A stretch of 63,056 nucleotides of DNA, taken from contig JAAYHM010000143.1 in assembly GCA_012735405.1 (NCBI GenBank), positions 1 to 63,056 of the forward strand. The letters are read 5' to 3'. Positions 46,156 through 55,862 of the stretch are shown in pieces. This DNA is from Tissierellia bacterium (GTDB lineage Bacteria; Bacillota; Clostridia; Tissierellales; Tepidimicrobiaceae). Both the position numbers and the translations under genes were made by a program. How positions within the stretch are numbered: the first letter of the stretch is position 1; the number at the start of each line of letters is the position of its first letter. The notes beneath the pieces are model-generated. The model had not been told where the DNA came from. It ran no database searches and saw nothing but the letters and a program-made list of their open reading frames with translations.

Positions 46156-47223
46156 TTATTTTTTCTTTCTTAAAAAGGTTGGAATATCAAGATCATCAAC
46201 TTTAAACTCACTTGTAGCAGCAACTTCATCAATTTTTACATCTACTAAATTTTCTCTATTTTTTATTCTATCATCATCAAATCCTGTAGCAATAACAGTT
46301 ATACTTATTTCATCTTTCATTGATTCATCAATTCCAGCACCAAATATTATATTTGCTTCTTCATCTACAGCTTCTCTTATTAAATCAGCAGCTTCATTAA
46401 CTTCAAAGAGACCTAAATCTTCCCCTCCAGTTATATTTAAAAGTACAGCTTTTGCACCATCAATTGATGTCTCCAGTAATGGACTTCTTATAGCTTGTTT
46501 TGCAGCTTCAACAGCCCTGTTTTCTCCACTAGCCCTACCAATACCCATATGTGCAATACCTCTATTGTACATAATAGTTTTAACATCAGCAAAATCTAAA
46601 TTGATTAAATTTGGTACAGCTATTAAATCTGAAATCCCTTGAATACCTTGTTTGAGTACTTCATCTGCCATAGCAAAGGCTTGTACCATTGTTGTTTTCT
46701 TTTCAGCCACTTGCAATAACCTATCATTTGGTATAGTAACCAAAGTATCAACTTTCCCTTTTAATTCTGCAATGCCTTTTTCAGCACGCTCTTGTCTCTT
46801 TCTTCCTTCAAATGTAAAAGGTTTAGTCACAACTCCCACAGTAAGTATACCTAACTCTTTTGCTATTTCAGCTATAACTGGAACTGCTCCAGTACCAGTG
46901 CCTCCCCCCATCCCTGCAGTAATAAATACCATATCTGCACCTTTTAATGATTCAGCAATTTCATTTCTGCTTTCCTCAGCTGCTTTCATGCCAATTTCTG
47001 GATTAGCTCCTGCACCTAATCCCTTTGTTAATTTTTCACCTATCTGTAATTTAAATTCAGCCTTTGAAGCATATAGCGCTTGTCTATCTGTATTAACAGC
47101 AATAAATTCTATACCTCTAACACCACATTCAATCATTCTATTAACAGCATTATTTCCTCCTCCACCAACTCCTACAACCTTAATTTTAGCAAATTGTTCT
47201 ACTTCAACATCAAAATCAAACAT
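46156..47223 (-). CDS. ftsZ: cell division protein FtsZ
   Basis: 355 aa. [13 protein letters not shown] and tubulin signature GGGTGTGA. Confidence 0.97.
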   Translation of the reverse strand: MFDFDVEVEQFAKIKVVGVGGGGNNAVNRMIECGVRGIEFIAVNTDRQALYASKAEFKLQIGEKLTKGLGAGANPEIGMKAAEESRNEIAESLKGADMVFITAGMGGGTGTGAVPVIAEIAKELGILTVGVVTKPFTFEGRKRQERAEKGIAELKGKVDTLVTIPNDRLLQVAEKKTTMVQAFAMADEVLKQGIQGISDLIAVPNLINLDFADVKTIMYNRGIAHMGIGRASGENRAVEAAKQAIRSPLLETSIDGAKAVLLNITGGEDLGLFEVNEAADLIREAVDEEANIIFGAGIDESMKDEISITVIATGFDDDRIKNRENLVDVKIDEVAATSEFKVDDLDIPTFLRKKK

Positions 47224-47288
47224 AAACAGACCTCCTTATAATAAATTGTATTAATGCCTAATTATATTCAAAATATTCTCACATATAA

Positions 47289-47645
47289 TTAATCACTTTT
47301 CTCACTTTTTCTATTAATAAGAAGGCGCCTTATACTTGCAAAATTTTCAAATAGTCTTCCACCAAAAGTAAATATTGCAGCATAGTATAGAGGAACTCCC
47401 AGTCTATCACCTATGTATGCTAAGATAGCAGCAAGTATAGAATTACCAAAAAAGCCAGATAAGAAAATTTTCAAGTCAAATTTGCCTTCTAAATTAGCCC
47501 TGACTCCACCAAAAACTGAATCTAAACAAGCCAATATTGCCACAGATATATAAAGGGAATAGGTAACACTATATGTATAAGGCAGTATTAAACCTACGAT
47601 TATACCAATTAAAATTCCAATTGCTGCAAAAAACACTTTAATCAC
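47289..47645 (-). CDS. sbp: small basic protein Sbp (DUF1290)
   Basis: 118 aa, 3-4 TM. LACLDSVFGGVRA and FGGRLFENFASIRR resemble B. subtilis Sbp. Confidence 0.8.
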   Translation of the reverse strand: MIKVFFAAIGILIGIIVGLILPYTYSVTYSLYISVAILACLDSVFGGVRANLEGKFDLKIFLSGFFGNSILAAILAYIGDRLGVPLYYAAIFTFGGRLFENFASIRRLLINRKSEKSD

Positions 47646-48363
47646 CTTCTCTTACAGGTTTTGCATATCTAAATTGAAAGACTCCATTATATGCTGGAAT
47701 TATAATTTCATCTTCCATACTTGTTTCAATATTAATTTGGCTTATGTTTTTTAAGGCATATCCATAAGTATTTGGCGCATTAATAGCTGCACTTAATACT
47801 TGTGGATCTCCAATAGCCCTAATATAAATTGGGGTTCCTATACTTCTTCCATTAATACGTATAATTGGTCCCCCACATTTAATCTCTGAAAAAGACAGTA
47901 CCCTCTGATTATTTATACTAATTGCTTCAGCACCTGCTATTCTTAAATCATTGATAATCCTTAAAACATCAGTATCATGAATTAAATCCATGTCAAAGGC
48001 TTGACCAAAAGCATTTTCGTCCATATTATCTGTCATTTTTACCATTATACCAGGCCCTTTTATTGTTTCAAATCCTGCAATAGTTTTATTTTTTCTTAAC
48101 TCCTCTTTTAGGACAGATGATAAGTTTTCATTTCCATCTAATATACTCTCATACATTTCAATTTTTTCTTCTTTGTCTTTAATCATAATTTTTAATTCCT
48201 CAATTTCCTTATACAAAGCATTTATTTCATTTTTAGTAGTTTCAATAGATTTTAAAGTAACAGGAATCATTTCAGGCACTTTTTGTTTAAATTGTACTGC
48301 TATTATGATGCCAAGCATTACAGATAAGCCAAAGACCACCAAATTAGTCCTATTTATCTTCAT
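47638..48363 (-). CDS. DUF881 family division/sporulation-associated protein (YlxW/YlxX-like)
   Basis: 241 aa. N-terminal TM, coiled coil, then the GPG..IHD.DL..IINDL..AGAEAISIN motif block. Confidence 0.8.
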   Translation of the reverse strand: MKINRTNLVVFGLSVMLGIIIAVQFKQKVPEMIPVTLKSIETTKNEINALYKEIEELKIMIKDKEEKIEMYESILDGNENLSSVLKEELRKNKTIAGFETIKGPGIMVKMTDNMDENAFGQAFDMDLIHDTDVLRIINDLRIAGAEAISINNQRVLSFSEIKCGGPIIRINGRSIGTPIYIRAIGDPQVLSAAINAPNTYGYALKNISQINIETSMEDEIIIPAYNGVFQFRYAKPVREGD

Positions 48364-48379
48364 TTATATCACCTAAATT

Positions 48380-49117
48380 TTAATTTATATCCTCGTCTAC
48401 TGGTTGTGAATATACAAATTCAATTAACTTTCTATATTTAGGTATTCTTATATTATCATCCTTAATAAGATTTACCGTGTAATCATAATATCTTAAAGTC
48501 CATATTATGCCCCTTTTAATGGATAAAGCAGATTCTAAAGTCTCTGGATCTCCTATGGCTTTAATAACTATGGGAGAATTTATAGAAACACCATTTATTT
48601 CAATATGATCTCCTGCCCTAACTATTTCAGTATAAGCTGTATATCTCTGGTCATTTATAGATATTGCTTCAGCCTGAGCAGCATTCAAAACACTTATGGT
48701 TTGTAATATTAAGTCTAAATCGTCTACTATACTGTATTCAATCCCATATTGTACATCTACTGGTGGATCTTGTATTTCAAGTATTATCCCAGGCCCCTCT
48801 AGATCAACATATCCTGATAGAATCCTGTATTTTTCTAGATCCTTATATAAATTCTCTATTATAACATTATTATCTGCTTCCCCTTTTTCATATTGAGCGA
48901 TTTTGTCCTCCACTTCATTAAGGGCTTTTAAAGCAGCATCCCTTTCCTCCTGAGCTTTTTTTAACTCTATTGCCAGCTGTTGAGCCCTTTGGGTAGGTAA
49001 TATACCTTCACCTACTGTAGCGCTAACAGTTTTAAACTGTAATGAAAGTATAATTCCCAAAAGTATTGATACTATTGTAATGGCTATTGTACCTTTTTTA
49101 CTCTTCATCCACTTCAC
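48380..49117 (-). CDS. DUF881 family protein (second paralog)
   Basis: 245 aa. Same architecture (GPGIILEI.., LNAAQAEAISINDQR). Confidence 0.8.
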   Translation of the reverse strand: MKWMKSKKGTIAITIVSILLGIILSLQFKTVSATVGEGILPTQRAQQLAIELKKAQEERDAALKALNEVEDKIAQYEKGEADNNVIIENLYKDLEKYRILSGYVDLEGPGIILEIQDPPVDVQYGIEYSIVDDLDLILQTISVLNAAQAEAISINDQRYTAYTEIVRAGDHIEINGVSINSPIVIKAIGDPETLESALSIKRGIIWTLRYYDYTVNLIKDDNIRIPKYRKLIEFVYSQPVDEDIN

Positions 49118-49813
49118 CTACCTATTATCCATAACAATTATAGGATTTTCACCTTTATTAAACAAAATTTGTTTTGCCATAATGTTTTTTTTGTCAATGT
49201 CTTTTAAAATTTTATTTAAAAAGCTTAATTTATATTTTACATTATTTAGTGGTCCAAAGGCAACTAAAGTTCCACCTTTTAACTTTATATAAATATCCTC
49301 TTTATTTGAAAAATCTATTTTATCTATTGTACTTAAAATATTTAAATATTCACTATAGAGCATAAATTCCTTTATGTTTTCTGTAGAATCGTTTTGGTAA
49401 ATATTGTCTCCCTCTTCATAATCTACCATATTTAATCCTGTAATTACAGGCAGTTCAATACCTTTGTCATTTGTATCTATTTCTAATATGTATCCTTCGT
49501 TATCGATATAAACTAAATAATCTAAATATTCTATTGCGGCTATTTCTTTTCTTTCTTTAATTTCAATTATTATTTTATCTGGAAGTTGTCTTTTTATCCT
49601 ACAATCCTTTATATAAGGTATAAGTTTTATATTCTCTTCTCCTTTTTTAGTATCAATTTTAAAAATATTTTCCCCAATATTACAACTGGAAGCTTTCACA
49701 ATAGATTCATATTTTAATTTTTTATTTCCTATTATAACAATATCTGAAAGAATAAAAAAGTCGGTTTTAAATATAAATAGATATGACAATATTATAGTTA
49801 GCACCAATAGCAA
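49118..49813 (-). CDS. ftsQ: cell division protein FtsQ/DivIB (POTRA); N-terminus apparently displaced by a frameshift in an A10 tract
   Basis: TM then POTRA (IVIIGNKKLKYESIV..). The open frame has no ATG or RBS at its 5' end. A well-placed ATG (49863..49861) with AGGTGGG RBS lies in the adjacent frame (see finding). Confidence 0.8.
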   Translation of the reverse strand: MLLVLTIILSYLFIFKTDFFILSDIVIIGNKKLKYESIVKASSCNIGENIFKIDTKKGEENIKLIPYIKDCRIKRQLPDKIIIEIKERKEIAAIEYLDYLVYIDNEGYILEIDTNDKGIELPVITGLNMVDYEEGDNIYQNDSTENIKEFMLYSEYLNILSTIDKIDFSNKEDIYIKLKGGTLVAFGPLNNVKYKLSFLNKILKDIDKKNIMAKQILFNKGENPIIVMDNR

Positions 49814-49915
49814 AAATCTATTTAATCTTTTTTTTTTCTTTTCTTTAGTTCTTTCTTTTTCATAACAATCCCACCTAAACCCTTGTCCATTTTGTTGAAA
49901 GCAGCAAAGGCTGCT

Positions 49916-51169
49916 TTAATCTATTTTCTTAATATTTGCTCCTAAACTTTCTAATCCTAAATCAAAATTTTCATATCCTCTTTCAATATGATATATGTTG
50001 TCTACTTCAGTGACACCTTTTGCTGCTAAACCTGCCAATATTAAAGCTGCCCCTCCTCTTAAGTCCTTTGCTGTCACCTTGGCCCCTGTTAGTTCCTTAA
50101 CACCTTTAATAACTGCAATCCGTCCAAAAGTTTTTATATTTGCACCCATTCTAGTCAACTCTTCTGCATGTTTAAATCTATTTTCAAAAACTGTTTCAGA
50201 TATTATACTAGTTCCATTTGCAATTGTTAAAAGTGCCATCATCTGTGCCTGCATATCTGTAGGAAATCCAGGATATGGTAAAGTTTGAATCATCTCAATA
50301 GAGTTAATTTTTTTAGGACCTATAATTTTTAATGAATTGTTATCATCATATATTATACTTCCTGCTTCCTTTAATTTAGCTATAATTGCTTGTAAATGTT
50401 CTATGACTATATTCTTAATAACTACTTCTCCACCTGTTATTACGGATGCAATCATGTAAGTTCCCGCAACTATTCTATCTGGCATTGTGTTGTGAGTTAC
50501 ATCCTTGAAACTATCTACTCCTTCTACAATTATAACACTTGTTCCTGCCCCACTTATCTTTGCACCAGCTTTATTTAAATAATTTTGTAAATCCACAATT
50601 TCTGGCTCTCTAGCAGCATTTCTTATTATTGTTGTCCCCTTAGCCCTGGTTGCTGCTAACATAATATTTTCTGTAGCCCCAACACTTGGATAGTCAAGCT
50701 GTATTTCACATCCTTTTAACTCCTTTGCCTTTGCATGTATAAATCCATGGGATTCCTCGATTTCTGCACCTAATTCTTTTAAACCTTTAAGATGCAAGTC
50801 AATTGGACGCGGTCCTATTTCACATCCACCTGGATAGCTTATTACAACTTCGCCAGTCCTTGCAAGCATAGCACCCATAAGTATAATTGAAGAGCGCATT
50901 TCTCTAACTAATTTTTCAGGAATATTAATATTATTTAAAGGTTTTGAATCGATCCACATCATATTGTCCATTCTTTTAATATTTAATCCTAGGGATAACA
51001 AAATTTTTTCCATAACAGATACATCTAATAAATTTGGAACATTAAATATTGTACTTTCATTAGCACCAATAACAGAAGCTGCCAGAATAGGTAATATGGC
51101 ATTCTTTGCACCTGATATGGCAATTTCTCCTGTTAATTTTTTCCCACCCTCAACTATTATCTTTTTCAT
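49916..51169 (-). CDS. murA: UDP-N-acetylglucosamine 1-carboxyvinyltransferase
   Basis: 417-418 aa. GAKNA N-terminal motif, GCEIGPRPIDLH active-site Cys loop. Two adjacent ATGs (51172, 51169). Confidence 0.95.
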   Translation of the reverse strand: MKKIIVEGGKKLTGEIAISGAKNAILPILAASVIGANESTIFNVPNLLDVSVMEKILLSLGLNIKRMDNMMWIDSKPLNNINIPEKLVREMRSSIILMGAMLARTGEVVISYPGGCEIGPRPIDLHLKGLKELGAEIEESHGFIHAKAKELKGCEIQLDYPSVGATENIMLAATRAKGTTIIRNAAREPEIVDLQNYLNKAGAKISGAGTSVIIVEGVDSFKDVTHNTMPDRIVAGTYMIASVITGGEVVIKNIVIEHLQAIIAKLKEAGSIIYDDNNSLKIIGPKKINSIEMIQTLPYPGFPTDMQAQMMALLTIANGTSIISETVFENRFKHAEELTRMGANIKTFGRIAVIKGVKELTGAKVTAKDLRGGAALILAGLAAKGVTEVDNIYHIERGYENFDLGLESLGANIKKID

Positions 51170-51174
51170 CATCG

Positions 51175-51236
51175 CACCTCCAAAATATGCCTATACAGTT
51201 GGTATATCATCATATTATGCACATATTTTGGAAGTG
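51175..51236 (-). promoter_or_regulatory. 15-bp stem sequestering the murA Shine-Dalgarno
   Basis: CACCTCCAAAATATG (51175..51189) pairs with CATATTTTGGAAGTG (51222..51236). This is 15 bp with one G-U on the mRNA. The 3' arm is CAUAUUUUGGAGGUG and contains the GGAGGUG SD. A 32-nt loop has a small internal hairpin. Confidence 0.5.
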
Positions 51237-51244
51237 TGACAACT

Positions 51245-52348
51245 TTATTCTAAAGCTGTTCTATTAACGATATCTACAATTTTTTCTGTAGCATATATAT
51301 TCCCCAGAGCTTTACTATTTTTTGACATTTCTTTTAACTTATTGAAATCATATATCAGGTTATTTATAACATTATTTAATTTTTCACCTGTAAGGTCCTT
51401 TTCTAATATTAAATAGCTTGCTCCTTTTTTTTCAAAGGCTCTAGCATTATATTCTTGATGATTTTCTGCAGTATATCCTTTAGGTATTAAGATGCTAGGC
51501 ACTCCAATGGCAGAAATCTCTGCTAGGGTAATTGCTCCAGCACTTGTGACTACTAAATTTGCGATATTTAATGCACTTGGCATATCATACATATAAGGCA
51601 ATACCCTTATATTTTCATTTAAAGTTATATTTTTAGATTGTATTTTTTTCATAAAATCATCATAAAACCTATTTCCAGTGACATGGAGTATCTGAATATC
51701 CTTATTAATATTTTTTTCTATAACATATAACATTGCATCATTAAGCTTTTTCTGTCCTCCACTACCTCCAAAGGATAAAATAAATGGTTTATTGGGACTA
51801 ATTTTTAATTGGAAGTAAGCTTTCCTCTTATCAACCTCAAGTATATTTTTCCTAATAGGATTCCCTGTCAAAATTATTTTTTCCGGATATTTAAAGTACT
51901 TTTTAGATTCTTCAAAAGTTATTAATACCTTGTCTACATATCTGGAAAGAATTTTGTTTGCAATGCCTGGAAATGCATTTTGTTCATGAATTAAGGTAGG
52001 AATATGTTTTTTGCTAGCAGCAAATACTACTGGAGCACTTACATATCCTCCTGTACCAATAACAACATCTGGTTTAAATTCCTTTATTATTTTGTTTGCA
52101 TCCCTTATACCTAATAATAGTTCTTTCATGGCTTTTATAGTTTGTATATTTAATTTTCTAGGCAAACCCTGTACCCTAATTGTTTTAAATGCAAAGCCTT
52201 CCCTTGGGACCAATTCACTTTCTAATCCTTTTTCAGTACCTACATATAAAATTTCCGCATCTTTATTTCTCCTTTTAATCTCCCAAGCAATGGCTAATGC
52301 AGGATATATATGTCCACCTGTACCTCCTCCTGTTATTAAATACTTCAT
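51245..52348 (-). CDS. murG: undecaprenyldiphospho-muramoylpentapeptide beta-N-acetylglucosaminyltransferase
   Basis: 367 aa. TGGGTGGHIYPALA N-terminus, FGGSGG motif. Confidence 0.95.
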   Translation of the reverse strand: MKYLITGGGTGGHIYPALAIAWEIKRRNKDAEILYVGTEKGLESELVPREGFAFKTIRVQGLPRKLNIQTIKAMKELLLGIRDANKIIKEFKPDVVIGTGGYVSAPVVFAASKKHIPTLIHEQNAFPGIANKILSRYVDKVLITFEESKKYFKYPEKIILTGNPIRKNILEVDKRKAYFQLKISPNKPFILSFGGSGGQKKLNDAMLYVIEKNINKDIQILHVTGNRFYDDFMKKIQSKNITLNENIRVLPYMYDMPSALNIANLVVTSAGAITLAEISAIGVPSILIPKGYTAENHQEYNARAFEKKGASYLILEKDLTGEKLNNVINNLIYDFNKLKEMSKNSKALGNIYATEKIVDIVNRTALE

Positions 52349-52352
52349 CTTT

Positions 52353-53480
52353 TCAACTCCTATCAGTTTTTACATGTCTTGATATATTTAACAAAATTCC
52401 TATAGATGACAAATAAACTACCAATGAAGTTCCACCATAACTTACTAATGGCAAGGGAATACCTGTTGTAGGCATTGAAGATGTTACAACTGCTATGTGT
52501 ATTAGAGTTTGAACTATAATTAATCCTACAATGCCTGTTGCCAACAAGCAGCCAAACAAATCATCTATATTAAGAGCTATTCTTATTCCTCTCCAAATAA
52601 CCACAATAAATAATAGTATTACGGTTAAAGCCCCTAAAAAACCTAATTCTTCTCCTATTATGGAAAATATGAAATCATTGTATGGTTCAGGAATATAGAA
52701 GAATTTCTGTCTACTTTTCCCTAGCCCTAAACCAAACAAACCTCCAGAACCTAGAGCATATAAGGATTGCACCGCCTGCCACCCAGAATCAGTTTTGTCA
52801 GCAAATGGATCTAAAAAAGCTGTCCAACGCCTCATTCTATAGGCATGGTCTTCATCTGTAATAGCATAAAATAGTCCTAAAGCACCAGTTACTATCATTA
52901 CGAATAGGTGGCTTAGTTTCATGCCTGCTACGAAAAAAATTATCATCAAGGTTAGAGCTAAAGTAACAGTAACACTTAAACTTCTCTGTAAGTAAATCAT
53001 TCCACATGAAAGTCCAATAATTAACATGGCAGGAATAGTTCCTTTTCTTAGACTTTTTATTTCATCTTTTCTCTTAGACAAGAAATCTGACAAGAATATT
53101 ATGGATCCTATTTTAATAATATCTGAGGGCATGAAAGTAATAAATCCTAAATCAACCCATCTTCTTGCTCCTTTTAGCTCTAATCCCAAAGGTGTAAATA
53201 TTAAAAGTCCAGTAAACAAAGAAGCTAAATATATTAATTTTGAAAATTTCTTTAGATATCGATAATCAAAATTCATAAAGAACAACATTGCTATTATGCC
53301 TATAATAGCAAAGGCAATCTGCCTTTTTAAAAAGAAGTATCCATCATTCATCCTAATAGCCTCTGGCCATGAAGAGCTAAATACCATAATGATTCCTATG
53401 AAAACAAGTATTAAGGTAGACAAAAGCAGGGTAAAATCAGAAGCTTTCCTTGAAGCCTTCCTCTTTTTTTTACTAGACAT
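52353..53480 (-). CDS. ftsW: SEDS peptidoglycan glycosyltransferase FtsW/SpoVE
   Basis: 375 aa, about 10 TM. Motifs PSDIIKI, LQPDLG-like region, TGIPLPLVSYGGTS. Confidence 0.9.
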   Translation of the reverse strand: MSSKKKRKASRKASDFTLLLSTLILVFIGIIMVFSSSWPEAIRMNDGYFFLKRQIAFAIIGIIAMLFFMNFDYRYLKKFSKLIYLASLFTGLLIFTPLGLELKGARRWVDLGFITFMPSDIIKIGSIIFLSDFLSKRKDEIKSLRKGTIPAMLIIGLSCGMIYLQRSLSVTVTLALTLMIIFFVAGMKLSHLFVMIVTGALGLFYAITDEDHAYRMRRWTAFLDPFADKTDSGWQAVQSLYALGSGGLFGLGLGKSRQKFFYIPEPYNDFIFSIIGEELGFLGALTVILLFIVVIWRGIRIALNIDDLFGCLLATGIVGLIIVQTLIHIAVVTSSMPTTGIPLPLVSYGGTSLVVYLSSIGILLNISRHVKTDRS

Positions 53481-54843
53481 TACTTTCCTCCTTTAAGCTT
53501 GAAACAACATTTTTAAAATCATATCCCCGCATCTCAAAACTACTATACATATCCCAAGACGCACAAGCTGGAGATAAGAGTACGCTATCACCAGGTTCTG
53601 CTAACTGAAAGCCCTTATATACTGCTTCCTTCATGTTATTTACAAGATGAACATTATTAAATCCATGTTTTATAGCTGTATCTCTAATTTTTTCCTTTGT
53701 TTCTCCTAAAAGAACTAATGATTTAACCCTACCCCCAAAAGACTCTATAAGTGAATCAAATTCACTTCCCTTGTCTTGTCCTCCAGCAATTAGTATTATA
53801 GGAGGTTTAACTGCTAATACTGCTTTTATACTTGCATCAGGATTAGTACCTTTAGAATCATTATAAAACTTTACACCATCTATTGTATCTACATATTCTA
53901 TCCTATGTTCAACACCTTTAAAATTCTTTATAATATGTCCCATTAAGCCTACATCAAGGCCCATAATCCATCCAACAGAAACACTGGCTAATATATTTTC
54001 TAAATTATGTTTCCCTAATATCTTAATATCTTCTATCTTCACTACTTTATAAATTTTTTTGCCATCATTAATAACTACATAGCTCCTATCTATATAGGCT
54101 CCCTTAGGTAGTTTATTATCAACACTAAACCAAAAGATGTTGGAATTGACTTCCTTTTCTATTTCTTTTAATAAAGGATCATCATAGTTTAAAACAGTGT
54201 ATTCATTTTCTCTTTGGTTTTTAAATATTTTCTTTTTAGCATTTACATAGTTTTCATATGCTTTATGCCAGTTAATATGGTCTGGACTTATGTTAAGGAT
54301 TACACTTACTTTTGGTTTAAAGTCCCTAGTACTTTCAAGTTGAAAGCTACTGGCTTCAATAACAAATATATCTTCAGTTTCTGAATTTATCAAATCCCAT
54401 AGTATTCCAACCCCAATATTCCCAGAAACATGTGTATTATATCCACACCCTTTAAAAAGTTCACCAACTAATGTTGTAGTTGTTGTCTTTCCATTAGTTC
54501 CAGTAATAGCTATATAATTTCTATCTGGTGATATTCTATATGCTAATTCTAAATCTGTAATTACTTCTATTCCTCTTTTATTTGCCTCTTTAATAATATC
54601 TATATTAAGTGGTATCCCAGGGCTCTTAACTATTAGGTCTATATTATCTAATGGTACATTGTTAGTACCAAAGTAAGTCTCTATATCCATATCTTTAATT
54701 TCTGACAGAAAACTTCCTAATTCATCTTCAGCCTTTAAATCGCTAATTATAACTTCAGCTCCTAATTTTGTTAAAGCCTTTACAGTTGATACACCACTTA
54801 TACCAAGTCCTAGTACTAAAACTCTTTTATCATTAATATTCAT
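53473..54843 (-). CDS. murD: UDP-N-acetylmuramoylalanine--D-glutamate ligase
   Basis: 456 aa. GLGISG Rossmann and GTNGKTTT P-loop. Confidence 0.95.
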   Translation of the reverse strand: MNINDKRVLVLGLGISGVSTVKALTKLGAEVIISDLKAEDELGSFLSEIKDMDIETYFGTNNVPLDNIDLIVKSPGIPLNIDIIKEANKRGIEVITDLELAYRISPDRNYIAITGTNGKTTTTTLVGELFKGCGYNTHVSGNIGVGILWDLINSETEDIFVIEASSFQLESTRDFKPKVSVILNISPDHINWHKAYENYVNAKKKIFKNQRENEYTVLNYDDPLLKEIEKEVNSNIFWFSVDNKLPKGAYIDRSYVVINDGKKIYKVVKIEDIKILGKHNLENILASVSVGWIMGLDVGLMGHIIKNFKGVEHRIEYVDTIDGVKFYNDSKGTNPDASIKAVLAVKPPIILIAGGQDKGSEFDSLIESFGGRVKSLVLLGETKEKIRDTAIKHGFNNVHLVNNMKEAVYKGFQLAEPGDSVLLSPACASWDMYSSFEMRGYDFKNVVSSLKEESNV

Positions 54844-54858
54844 TTTTCATCTCTCCCG

Positions 54859-55827
54859 TTAACTTAAGCTTATGACACCTATTAGGCTTAATACTACTGT
54901 AATACTCCAAAATACCACTACTACTTTTGTTTCCTTCCATCCTTTAAGCTCAAAATGATGATGAAGGGGACTCATTAAAAATACTCTTTTTCCTGTTAAC
55001 TTAAAAGAAATTACCTGTATTATAACTGAAAGGGCTTCTGCAAAATATATACCACCGACTATTGGAATAATCAATGGAAGATTTAATAAAATTGCTATAG
55101 CAGATATGGCCCCTCCTAAAGCTAAAGAACCTGTATCTCCCATAAATATTTTAGCAGGATGGGCATTATGTACTAAAAAACCTAAACATGCTCCAGTTAA
55201 TGCTGCTGAAAATATGGAGATACTATCCATTCCCCAATTTAAAGCTACCAAGCCAAAAAAAGACGATACAATTAAAGTAACTCCTGAAGCTAATCCATCT
55301 AATCCATCAGTCAAATTTACACTATTAACAGTACCTACAACAACAAAAGCTATAAAGGGTACATAAAGCATACCTAAGTCTAAATACTTGTTTTCAAAAA
55401 AAGGTATTATAACCTTTGTTCCCAACATAGATGTATTAGATTGATAAATGGCTAGTATTACTGCTAAAACAACTTGGCCTATAAGCTTTTGATAAGCTTT
55501 TAAACCTAAAGATCTTTTATTTTTTATCTTTAAGTAATCATCAATAAAACCAATAAGTCCAAACCCTATTGTGGACAATACTAATACATACATGTCTCTA
55601 TTTAATAGTCCTGAAGTTAAGGCTGTAATTACAAGGGAAAATATAATTATTATTCCTCCCATAGTTGGAGTACCGCTTTTTGTTGTTAAATGGGACTTAG
55701 GTCCATCATCCCTTACATTTTGGCCTATATTAAGTTTTTTTAGCATAGGTATAACAATTGGTCCTGATACTAAAGTAATAATAAATGCGATTACTACAAC
55801 CCTAATAATATCAATATATTCTACCAT
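54859..55827 (-). CDS. mraY: phospho-N-acetylmuramoyl-pentapeptide transferase
   Basis: 322 aa. GTPTMGG, NLTDGLDGLA, MGDTGSLALGG, PLHHHFE. Confidence 0.96.
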   Translation of the reverse strand: MVEYIDIIRVVVIAFIITLVSGPIVIPMLKKLNIGQNVRDDGPKSHLTTKSGTPTMGGIIIIFSLVITALTSGLLNRDMYVLVLSTIGFGLIGFIDDYLKIKNKRSLGLKAYQKLIGQVVLAVILAIYQSNTSMLGTKVIIPFFENKYLDLGMLYVPFIAFVVVGTVNSVNLTDGLDGLASGVTLIVSSFFGLVALNWGMDSISIFSAALTGACLGFLVHNAHPAKIFMGDTGSLALGGAISAIAILLNLPLIIPIVGGIYFAEALSVIIQVISFKLTGKRVFLMSPLHHHFELKGWKETKVVVVFWSITVVLSLIGVISLS

Positions 55828-55862
55828 TTTTTAGCTCCTCTCTTGTGCATTTTTAAAATTAA

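Noticed and set aside
46652-47254. 200-aa plus-strand ORF antisense to ftsZ. Similar plus-strand ORFs occur at 361..603, 1191..1457, 7132..7662, 11325..11609, 15254..15583, 16347..16760, 34443..34823, 39754..40047, 41238..41588, 52011..52382, 55106..55366 and others.
   Set aside because: All lie entirely inside strongly supported minus-strand genes and have no RBS. They have low-complexity Ser/Pro/Ile/Phe-rich translations typical of antisense shadow frames in AT-rich DNA, and no recognisable motifs.
49898-49917. Hairpin AAAGCAGC/GCTGCTTT at the murA stop, considered as a terminator separating murA from ftsQ.
   Set aside because: An 8-bp stem without a U-tail, followed by CAACAAAA. It is probably only a weak pause or stability element, so I did not call it as a feature.
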